From Lepidodermella squamata (lineage: Eukaryota > Animalia > Gastrotricha), in NCBI GenBank assembly GCA_047495785.1, contig JBLDXI010000013.1, forward strand, positions 2,356,001 through 2,420,000: 64,000 nucleotides of DNA, given 5' to 3'. Below, piece by piece: positions 23,119-34,469 of this stretch; position 1 is the first letter of the stretch, and each line of letters starts with the position of its first letter. The notes under the pieces were generated by a model. The model was not told where the DNA came from. It saw nothing but the letters and a program-made list of their open reading frames with translations, and searched no databases. The position numbers were made by a program, and so were the translations under genes.

Positions 23119-23670
23119 ATGAAGAGGTTATTTTTTCCTTCGATTTTGGCGATTTTGTTGTCGCCAAGTTTGGCAGTAAATAATTGCTTCTATTGCGATC
23201 CTAATACATCGGATTGTCACGATCCGAGCAACTTTCAAGTCGTAAAATGCAGCAATGGCATTGCTGGTGTTAATCCGTGTTTTAAAATTAAATCCACGTA
23301 AGGCTATTGATGATACCGAAGTTAATTTTATAACGCTGCGCGGTTTTTCAGAGGCTTACGGGGATGCGGTACTTATGCAGGTAACTTATAGGGCCTTTAG
23401 GTGCCTTACTGTAATTTTAACTGTCTCCCAGCTTGCAGTACGAACTATCCGATACAAGATAAGGATTACGATCCTGACCAACCTTGGATATGGATTCTTC
23501 ACCAGCTTTTCCCCGTGATGAAGGACTGCTTCTCTGAGACGACTGGATGCAATCAATTATTTTGCTGCCGAGATTTCGATCGATGCAACTCATCTCCATC
23601 AGCATACCGAATAGATCTATTCATAACTATTATTGGGCTAGGAAGCTCCAAATTCTTGTTCTCAAGCTGA
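23119..23670 (+). CDS. Three-finger GPI-type protein #13 (3 exons incl. micro-exon)
   Basis: VNNCFYCDPN..CFKIKST|GLRGCGTYA|ACSTNYPIQDKDYDPDQPWIWILHQLFPVMKDCFSETTGCNQLFCCRDFDRCNSS, then a hydrophobic tail. Confidence 0.9.
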
Positions 23671-24526
23671 GACGTAGCATTTCAAATAAAACGCGGTTCA
23701 TGTATTGCAATCCCGACTTGAAACGGTACCTTTATTTATTTCACTTGATATCTTCATCTCTTGCCGTCGCACTTACATAGAGCTCATCAGAATTATTATA
23801 GAGATAATTATTTGATAATGTAATTGCGGCAACTTTCCACGGGCGTTCTTTGCGCAGATATATCGGAAAGTTGTATATATTTACGCATCCATGAACAATA
23901 TTTATATAAAGCCATTTGCACAGGAGACAAAAAAATTTGATATAGTGATTTTTGTGAGACATTGATTGTATTTTTTTATCTTTCAGAAATTGAGCAAGAC
24001 AGCCGATGAGCAAAAAAACACACAAATATATAGATGCGCCATACAACATTCCCACATATTTTTTCTTTCTATACAACAAAAATTTCAAGTTAAAATTCTC
24101 AATCACGTGCGACATAATTTTTAACGGTAATATTCATTTTTTCCGCATATATTTGCTTTTCATATAAATAGAAATTTATTTACGTTCGGTGCACAATATG
24201 TATGCGATAAATATTGACGGAAAAATCTATTCAATTGTTGTAATTTTTTTTTACAAATTTAACAAAATTTATACACGCATGACATTCAAGATGAAAACAA
24301 AGATGCAATAAGCGACATGATTTTTTTCATTAATTTGCACAAAAAATGATTATAATATAATTATAATATAATTCAGAAATATTTTGCACAATCTCTCAGG
24401 GCCAACTTCCTCCAAATCCGGATTTCAACCCGCCGATCAACGTTTAATATAATTTGCGTGAGAACAAAATTAAAGAGTGCGAGAAATAATATTATATAGC
24501 TAAATTAAAATTTTGTAAATAATTTT

Positions 24527-27486
24527 TCACTCGTATTTCAACGGAGAGCCTGAGTTAGGGTTCGCGTAACCGTTCGCTTGAGGCTGAAACTGATGCCGGT
24601 ACATTTGATACGGCTGTTGATTGCCGAATTGCGACTGGGGATGAGTCATCAGCAACATGGCTGATTGCTGCTGCTGCTGCTGTTGTTCCAACATAAATTG
24701 CTGGCTGTTATGCTGCTGCTGCTGTTGTTGATTCAGCATCATTTGCTGGTGCATCACATGCTGCTGCTGCTGATTGGGTTGGATAATACCGCCCTGTCCG
24801 TATACATGCGCGTACTGCTGCGGCAATTGGCCCCAAATCGGCGCGACAAATTGATTATGCTGCTGTTGCTGCTGCTGCTCCATAACCTGAGGTTCAGCCT
24901 TAGCCGCCCCCATGTCCTGTTGCGGAGGGAAGGTAGGCTGGCCAGGGAAATTAGGCTGGTTTTGCCGGAACATCATGTCACCAGTTGCCATTTTCGAGCC
25001 GTCAATTGGCGACTGCCGATTAGCCGGGTTCGAGAAAATAAACGCCTGTGCCTGTGGTTGTTGAGTCATCGGTTTCTGGAAAAACGACGGCGGCGTCGAG
25101 TCGGACATGGCCGAAATCACCGAGGTCGACGATTGCGGCGAGTGGGCCGCCGACGCGTCGCTCGCCCTCGCGACAACAGCGCGGAGATCCGCGAGTTTCA
25201 GCAGCAACTTCGCCATGCGATGCTGCTGGTTCTTCGCCTGATCGTCGTTTGAACTCAACTTGGCATTCGGCTCACCCGAACTAGGCGCCTCGGTGATTTT
25301 CCGCAACGCCGCGACAGTTCGGTCGAGTATGGTGTCTAAACGCGACCCATTCGTCAAACCAGCCCTGTCGGCATTCAGCAAACACGTCGCGGCCATCAGA
25401 GATACTTCGACTTCATTCAACGCTAATTCTCGACATCCGCCAACGAACTGGTTGAAATCATGCATCCCGGCGGGGCCCAGCGCCTCTAAAACGGCCTGGG
25501 TTGACGGGGTCGTCGGCCTGGCGCCCTGTTTCGGCGACTCATTTGCGGTTGTAGTCGAACTGTCCTCCATTACTACATCACTCCGCTCAGGCGATGTAAG
25601 GGCGAAGCAGTGGTCGAGTAGGATAACTTCAGCGCCAGCCCGCCTGATCAAACATAACTGGTCAGTTTGGGACAGAGCGTTGAATTCCGGGATTAGAGCC
25701 GCCCGGGCGAATGCGGCAACTCGGCGCCCGGCTGGCGACGAAACCGATAGAATACCGGCGCCTCGATTGCTGCCGCTTGACGACGCGGTTGAAGCTGTTG
25801 AAGTTATCAGCCGCTCAGCGTTGATGTTGGTCAAACTGCCGGCTAATTCTGACCCGGCGTAACCGTGGTCCGATTGCGGCGAGTCGGAACTTGCCAGGCC
25901 AACCCGTTCCTCGCCGCCGCTGCTACCCGGCGCGCCTTCGTTGCTGTCGTAGTCCGGGTCGAGAAGGCTGTTCAACAGGCCGACGTTGGTTGAGGAGGAT
26001 GAGGCGGACGATGTTAGAGTCGTCGCGCTGCGGAAATGTATCCTATACGCTTCGACTATCGCCTCAGTCGACGCCCGAGTTTCCTTCGGCATAGCAGCTA
26101 AAATTGAGTTGTAGTAGTCGCCGAGAATCGAGGCAGGGGAAGACGTGGCTGCGTTAGCTTGAGTAGGTTGAGTACTAGCAGCGCCGCCAGACCGCCGCCG
26201 TTTCCGGCCCTCATGTCTCACAGCTATAAAAAAACAAGTTTTAAGGAGGAATTTTAATTTTGTTTCACAACAAACCTTCTTTCGACATGCCGCTAGTGAG
26301 GCATTTCTGGAACCGGCAAAACTGGCATCGATTTCGAGTTAGCTTATTGATATCGCACTTCCGCTCCTTGTGACACTGGTACTGCATGTTCTTCTGAACA
26401 GATCGCCGGAAGAAGCCTTTACAACCCTCGCACGCCGACACGCCGTAGTGATAGCCGCTGGATTTATCCTGGCAAACTACGCACGGCTTGTAGACACGAG
26501 GCGGTGGGCTGTTGTCGACCTCGCTACCAGGTAGCCCTAGCAACACCCCACGCCCGCCCGCCATCGGCCCGTGGTGCCCGGCCGCCGCGGCTGCCACGAC
26601 TGCCGCGTACGCCATTTGCTGCTGGTGGTAATGCATAGCGGCGGCCGCGTCGTGGCCGTTCGCCTGGTGGTGATGGTGAAAATGAGCGGCTTGGTCCATC
26701 ATCAACATTTGTTGCTGCTGTTGTTGCTGTTGCTGCTGGTTGTTCGAAGCGTCACCAGGACCGCCGATGATGGGCGTCGGCGGCGCCATGTACTCGGTGA
26801 ACGATTCGGGGCTGGAGTCTTGGAACGATTTCTTCAACTGCTCTTCAACTATAGTATCGAGCGGAAATCCTGTTAAACAAACAAATATTACGTTAAAATG
26901 AACTTAAAATCGTAGATCAAAGTAAATTTACCGTCAGTTTGAAGTGTGGAGTCGAATTCGTGGTGTTGCCCCATCGCCGGGTGATGGTAGGCCCCGTGGT
27001 ACTGGTTGAGCAGCACCATTCCAGCGTGATGTTCTTGGTGTTGCTGTTGATACGGACCACTATTCGGCGCGAAAAGTGTCGCATAGCCACCGTTGCCGTT
27101 GACCGTCGACGTGAACGCGGCGTACTGCGGAGGCGCTTGTTGCGCCTGGCTGGGCGGCGCCGATACGGGCGTTGGCGCACCGCTGTGTTGGTACGGCGAT
27201 GGCGCCTCGCCAGGCGACGGGTAAACTGAGCTAAAATCCCCGCCGTTTTGCTGCGAAGGCGGCGGAAACATTCTATTTGTAGCCGACTGTTGTTGATACT
27301 GGTCGGTCATTTCTAAAATTCAGTAATTCGGGTAAAAAAATATTGAGAAATTAAGGCGGTTTTTTTCGAACCACGATTGCTGAAATGAGTAGGAATTGTC
27401 GGAGTTCGCCTAACGCTTGGCGGGCCGTTGCTGCCTGGAGTTGAAGGCGGAACATAGCAGGTCGGCGAAGGCGACGGTTTGATCAT
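24527..27486 (-). CDS. RAR: Retinoic acid receptor (NR1B) orthologue with divergent ligand-binding domain
   Basis: RAR-diagnostic [67 protein letters not shown] remnants [29 protein letters not shown] and [10 protein letters not shown]. Four exons join in frame. The first exon (ATG 27486) is less certain than the alternative ATG at 27310. Confidence 0.88.
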
Positions 27487-30123
27487 TTACCAACACGGTT
27501 TCAATCGTTAGCGCTTCAGTTTTTATAAATTTATATATATATTTACACGTTCTATCAAGTAGGAAATAAAATGGTTTAGTAAGGAAAAGGTTTTAAGGGA
27601 GATTGAGATGTGCGAGTGAATTTCGGCCGTTTTCTTGTCACTCGTTTCTTGTCGCATGCGCGTGCTAATATCATAATGCAACAGCGGGCTTATAGGCGCA
27701 CGTTATCGAACGCGGCTGAGCCCGGCGCGAGCTGCCGCAACACACAGGCCGAGCGCGACATCGACGAAACAGCGGATTTTTCGTACAGAGCGCAGAATCA
27801 TCTCTCGCAGCATATAGAAGTTGTGGGTAAATGTTGCGCGCACATTACTTATGTGTGTGCGCTGCGCACGGCCCGTTGTTGCGCAACCGGCGAGTTGCAT
27901 AACTGGCTATATGCGTGGGCCGAGAAAACGCGAGAGCTGTGCGCAAAAATACACATTGTACCCACACATACGAACACTCACGTTAGCAGCAGCAATATAT
28001 CCTAACAAGCGAAACACACATAACAAAGCCGCTTTTCGATATATGTCCGCATAGTATTCTTGTCGAGCAATATGCATATTATATTGGCAAATATTATAAT
28101 ATATTACTACCGTTATTATAAAACGTGCCGTCGGCTTTTCCTGAATTGCCAGCGGAACACAACACAGAGAAGGACTGAAAGAGCGAAACGCATCTTTCGC
28201 ATTTCTTCGCCGCAAAACTAGCGATTGCGCAACACCACGATAATTGCCACGCCATATATTATTACTATTAATATTATTCAGCACAGCTCCAAGTTGATAA
28301 TGGTGATAATAGAAAATGTAGGTAGGTGAAATAAAACAATTTCGCCGCAGAAATATTCTTCTGCATTATTAATATTGGTAATGGCTTAAATAATATAAGG
28401 TGGACGACACAGACACAGCGTGCCGATACACGCACCGGCGTAATATACGAGAAGGCAGGTAACATCTCGCGGCTCAGCAGCATGTGTGATAGAACATTGG
28501 CGCGAACAGCCTCCGACAACAACGCACAAATTATCGTTAGCGCCATCGCTACTTTTATTACTGTGATTATTTTCGTTACGCAACCGCTGCCTCGTTACGT
28601 TCGGCACCGTACACCTATTTATTATTTTTATTACAGTTCTCTGTAATAATTACTACACATGCGACTCGCTCACGTTTCCAGCGGCGGCGACACTGTCTTA
28701 ATCCCAAAAAGAAACCGAAATATCAGGCTCCAGCAAACTTTTATTATTTTTGTTCATATTGGTTTTTGCACGTCATAAATATTGTATTAAATAACAGTGA
28801 TAATAATATAGTTATTTTTGGTATAAACAATTTCATCATCAATCACTTCAGACTTCTGTGGTTATTTTTTGCCAAGCAGAGTACTGCAGCTCACTCTTCA
28901 AACCAGAATTATATGTGAAGAGACACCCAAAGAACCATCGTGGCAAGTCACAAACTGCAGCAAACGAGTAGTTTTTTTCGTGTAACATCAATTTTTCCTC
29001 GCCGATATATATATATATATATAGAAAAAAGCAACACCACTAGATAAGTCATAGCAAATATGAAAAAACCAGAAGTAGCATATACAAGAGAATGGAATAG
29101 TCTAGTTTTCAAGTAATAATATATCACTATTTTTTCCAGTGCTGCAATATTATTTCTTTGGAATTATATTAAGACTTGGCAATACAATATGTATGATCAT
29201 AAAATGCCAAAAGCAGCGTATATTAAGGCCATTTGATGAATTTTTTTAGGTGACAGATATCACTCAACTCGGAATTCCTGTTCTATATATATGAGAGAAA
29301 AAGCGAGAAACAAGTATTTCGACAGGTGGAATAATATATTCACAAATAAACTTCATTTCAATTTCAACAAAATGAGAATGTTCGACTTTTTCAATGATGA
29401 TTGCACAAGTTTTTTTTCTATACACAACTGCGTACCTAAATCAGACATGTATAATGACACTATTCTTATTATATACACAAAAAGCACAAATTGCGTGCAT
29501 GTGTTTCAAAATCACCATGTAGGTAGTTGAATCCAAGATGATAAAGTAGTGGGTATGTATAATGCGATTAGAAGCAAAACATGTAAAAGCGAGCAACCGG
29601 AATTTCATTCGCCACACGAAAAACCAAGCCGTATAATAGACGTGGAAAAATCTTTCCAAAAAGCCGGATATTCAGCAGTATATCGATTTTATTCACTTCC
29701 TCGACCAAAAGACAACGCAGGTATAAGTGCAACTGCTGTATTGACGGTCCGAAAAAAACATCATCTAAAAGCACTCGAAACGACGTGGAAAAAAATGAGA
29801 CGTGATTGCCGAAAAACTAAGCACCAAGTATATAGCTAATACAGGCGTGTGTGCAACTTTCCCGATATGGAAACAATAAATGTATAATATATAGACTAAT
29901 AACAACCAGCACAACAATGATTGATTTTACTTCAACATAATATTTTAATAGAAGATCAACTCCAGAAAATTATTGGGTTCTACTAAACCTGAATTTCAGA
30001 TGAATTTCTGGATTTTTATTTCGAGAAGAAAGAACGAGAGATCCCACGATAGTATTATGTTTTTTGAATAGATTTCTTCGATTGTAGCAGCCGCGTGATA
30101 AGAAGCTGTGAAAAATGATAGAC

Positions 30124-33100
30124 TTAGAACAACCGATGCTGCTGCGGCTGCGGGTCGCCGAGGGACAGCGGATGAGCTCCGGCAGGCGCGAGATTCGCCG
30201 CCGAGCGCGAGTACCACGGCCGGCGTCCGCGCGGCATCGCATCGGGCCCGCCGATCGCAAACTGCGACGGAGCTGCAAAATTGCTGGCCGGGAACACGCG
30301 CTGCCCATTCGTCATCGTGTGAAACAACGGCGGATTCATCGCTTGCTGCTCCGCTTGTTGCTGGGTGACTTGCTGCTGCTGCTGTGGTATCGCCATCGAG
30401 CTTTGCAGCAGGATATTCACGACACTCGCAGCCGCTACGACAGCCGCGTGGCACGACGCGATAACCCGCTCGTTTTTCACGGTTATGCCCGCAGTTTGTT
30501 GGCTCTGATACGGCGCAGTCGGCACAACAGGCGGCGGCATAGCCAAAACCGCCTCGAGACGGCCGGTTGCCGCCAGCGCCTTCTCAACCGCCCCCAAAAC
30601 GTTATCTCTCAGCCCGTGAGTCGTTGGCAATTGACACGCCGTTGAGGTGGATAGGCGGCAAATAGTCCTCGCCTGTTCCGCAACAAACTGGGCCTGTAAC
30701 ATCAAATCAGCCGTTGAGTTCAACGGGCCGTTTCCGGTGCTAAACGCCGCAACAGCTCCGTCCATCGCCGACAAATTTTCAGCATGGCGACGTAGCTGCC
30801 GTAAATGGTCGAGTAACGACGGCTGAGACCCGGATCGTCTCACAAAACTCGCCACATTTTGCTGCTGTTGCTGCTGGTTCTGTTGAACAGTGTAGGGTCG
30901 ATTGGTAGTCGGGCCTAACGGGCTGCCGTTTTGCGCCAAAATTCCGCGGCGGGGCAATGAGCCCTGCCTGAAACCATTCGGCGGAGTTGCGCTCGTGCAA
31001 AGCGACTCCGCTGAGCAGAATGCGGACGAAAGTTGGTGATTGCCGGGCGAGCCTTGCGTCGCCGCGGCAAAGTTTGACATCATTTGCGGCGGGGAGTAAG
31101 AGGTTGGCGAGGCGAACAGGCCGGGCGGACCTACCAGGTCGGCTTGATTCTGCTTTCCCGCTGCCGCATTCAACGCGTTCGATGTCGCGACAGTCCGATC
31201 GCGAAGGGTGGCTAACAATCGCACCGTGCAGTCGTTCCACGCAACAGCGAAGGACCGGAACGATTCGCGGGAGACTCGACTGACCGGATTCGGAAATTGT
31301 TCAAACAGGACCTTAAAAAAGAAACAAAATCAATATTTGGTGTCGATTGGTTTGAGAAATCTTTGAGCAGTGGAAATTCAAAACAATAATCCCAAATAGA
31401 CCCTAACTTTTTGAAACGTACGAGAGTCTAACAGTCCTTTTAACCACAGAAAAAATCAAATAATCAAAAAAACTGGGCCACGATACAGAAAGGACAGACT
31501 CTGCACTAGTAACTAAACAATCATTTCCGTTCTAGTAATATGGATAGGGTTTGAAAAAACTATTTGACACATTTGACGCGAATAATAGGATAGCAATTTC
31601 CATTACCCGATACAAAAAAATCCCATGCAATACCCTTAGGGGAATTTTACATCGCCTAAATTACGCGCAGTTATTGATTGTCAATTATGCATATTTAATA
31701 GGTGAGAAAAAATTCATGGCAGAAATTTTTTGTTTTCTCAAATATAAATTTCCTTCCAATATCCAATGTCCAAAAATGAGGGAAAGTGATGACATATCAG
31801 CGTCATTCCTCAGAGATCAGGTTCTAAATGTCAGTGATTAGTATTAATAAAAAAATGTAGTAAGGGATTGCTTTGTAATAAGAAGAATCACGTGAGTCCA
31901 CCGGGCAAATTTCTGGAAAAACCAAGCGGCCCACACGATCGAATCATGCTAGTCTGAATCGGGCGTCAGATTACCACGAAATCCTCTACAGACGGATGCG
32001 CCGCGTCACATAATGAGAAAATAAAATGTTGACACAGTGGCGCTCGAAATAGATATATGCGGATAAAAAAATCATCATAATACAAAGCTATTTGTATTAA
32101 AAATTAGCAGATAAGCCGGCGATGCCGCGCGTCGCCTAATTTATTCATGTGCTTACTTGAGCAGAAGCTGACAAAGCAGCAGCAATCAGGCGCAGCCAGG
32201 CCAAAACGTGTTCGGCGTCGATCAGCAGACACTCGTTGGGCGCGACGTGGCGGAAAAGCCGAGCCGCTTCGACCGCCAAATCCGCGCGTTGCTCGAAATG
32301 CGCGACCGAACAGCGGAAGGCCGTCTGGTCACCGGACAGGGCCACGAATTCCAATTGGTTAATCAACGTCGCGTAGTCTTCGATGGCTGCAGATTCCGAG
32401 ACGTCCGGGGTGGACTGCGAGATTTTGCTCCGGCTGGGTAGAGACGACCGCGAATCGAGAGACGCGTTCGCCAATTGTTCCGCAGTTCTTTGACACTCGG
32501 CTTGTAAGAAAGTGACGATATCCACCAATCGATTCACGGCTATTCTCACATTTTCGGCGCGAGCTTCCGCACTAACCTCGCCGCTTTGTTGTCCCTCCGG
32601 GGTTTGAGCCTGTTCCGCTATTTGACAAGTCTCGGCTCGCAACCTATCGAGAAGGCCTAGCAACCGCTCCCGACTTGCATGCGGGGTGTAGGCGCAGTCG
32701 GTGAAATCTTGCAAGGCATCGGCAAGCCGATTTACCTCCGTATCTAGCCGCCGAATCGCGACAGAACCAGCGCTGTAAAACGCCTCGCCGTCAACTAACG
32801 ATCGAACATTTGCGACTAGATCACGCAGGGGCGGCATTGAATCACTCCGAACGGCTCGAGAGGATCCGGCGACCGGAAAACCGGAATCGCCAGTCGTCCC
32901 CGATGAGTCAGAATCACTTTGTGGGACAATATTTTGCCCACCATTAGTCACACTGATTGTGTCATTCATAGTTTGGCCGACGCTTTGTAACGCTTGCCGC
33001 ATCATTCTTAGAATAGAATCACGAACTCGGGCGGCTGCGACTGATTCAGGGTGACGTAGACAGGTTTTCGCAGCCGCTAGTAACAACTGAGTACCTCGTT

Positions 33101-34469
33101 CAAGGGTCGCTCGACTCACCGCTAGTGATTCTCGGTCTTTATCTCGCCGTAAATCGGCCTGGCGATCTCCGGATAGATGAGCGAGCTCAACGAGGGCTCG
33201 ACCTAATTCTGAAAAGGTTGCTACAAATTCCGCCAGGGCAGCTGTTGGCCTAGCGCTGACATTTTCTAGCTCATTCAACCAGTATGAGACGCGGTCTCTT
33301 GCCGCCATTATTTGTTTCACGCAGAGTTTATCTGCTAGCAATAAAACTTTTGTTATCGAACTCAGTAGCTGCCTCGATGTAGCGACGACTGCTAACGAGT
33401 CCGGAGCACCAGGAGATATGTTTGGGTTTCGAGACGGCGAACCACCTCGAGACGTAGTTCCGCCTTGTTTTGTGATATCAGTGAGTCGGCGTAGTTCTAG
33501 CGCAGCAGCTTGCACTTCGTTACAAGCTTCGCGCATTTCCAACGCCGCGTCTGGGTATTCTTCTGCCAGCGACTCGCCAACTGCGACGAATTTATCAGCG
33601 GCGGCTGCGACGAGAAGCCCAACACGAGCCGCATGTTGCTGGGCCACACTACCCGGTCTTAGGGTCCCGGTACTACCCTGTTGTTGCTGCACGGTCGCCG
33701 GACTCTGACTACCCGCTCGAGAGCTCACCAGGGAGTTGATCTGCAAATTATTCGATGTCAAATTTAATACAAAATTCTCCAATTTACGCGCCGAAATAAA
33801 TCTAATTATCTGCTAGTAATAAAACAATTACGCAAAATAACGAGGGTGCTAAACGCAACAAGTGTCGGGAAGTATGATTTTTTTGCGCAAAACACAATCG
33901 CTCGTGATCATCGGAGCAAAAACAGCGCGCAAGTGCATGCGCGGAAATTCAATAGTAAAAAATGTGCAGACCTCGCGCGCATACAATGAAATAAAATCGA
34001 TTGCCGACGACAAGGCGGAAGCAAGTACTCTCGTGTAATAATTGCAAGATTTTTCCAAATGCCAAATGCGAAAATAATGACACTATGGACTACCAAAAGG
34101 CGACTACTACGGTTGATTGACGAGTTGCGTATATGAGACAATCGAACGCTGATTTTCAAATATACTGGCAAGTTATGCGACAGATTATGCATACAAATAC
34201 CATGCGCCACTTCCAAGTAAAAACTAAATAACGCATCTCACAGGACTACGCTTTATTCTTCTGGCTGATGCAAATTTAGGGTGCTAGGAGCGCCAAACTC
34301 TACCAAAGTACAACGCTAAAAAATAACGTACTTGAGATAACAGCGGTAGTAGCGTTTTCTCAATAGAGCGAGTTCTGATGTCATCTGAAAGCTGGAGAGA
34401 TGATGTGCTGCGAGGTTGACGATTGCCAGGTGCATCAGCAAGATTGTCAGCCGAGTAAGCGCAATCCAT
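30124..34469 (-). CDS. CTNNAL1: Alpha-catulin (vinculin/alpha-catenin family), 3 exons
   Basis: IRTRSIEKTLLPLLSQ|INSLV.., KFVAVGESLAEE, LLSSITKVLLLAD, ELAHLSGDRQADL, DFTDCAYTPHASRERLL, SLPRRG, FSTGNGPLNSTADLMLQAQFVAEQA. Exons ~34469-34332, ~33741-32157 and ~31311-30124. Confidence 0.88.

Noticed and set aside
9696-23670. Interpretation of the array as secreted venom three-finger toxins
   Set aside because: Every member retains a hydrophobic GPI-like tail, whereas secreted toxins end at the CN motif.
24665-26876. Long plus-strand ORFs with poly-Leu runs
   Set aside because: Antisense shadows of RAR poly-Gln (CAG/CAA) coding sequence.
27610-29839. Several 65-130 aa ORFs between RAR and catulin
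   Set aside because: No motifs, coding-like composition or consistent splice structure; probably regulatory or UTR sequence.
29970-33708. Multiple overlapping ORFs around alpha-catulin
   Set aside because: Alternative-frame or antisense shadows of GC-rich exons. ORF 30124-31224 is catulin exon 3, not a separate gene.
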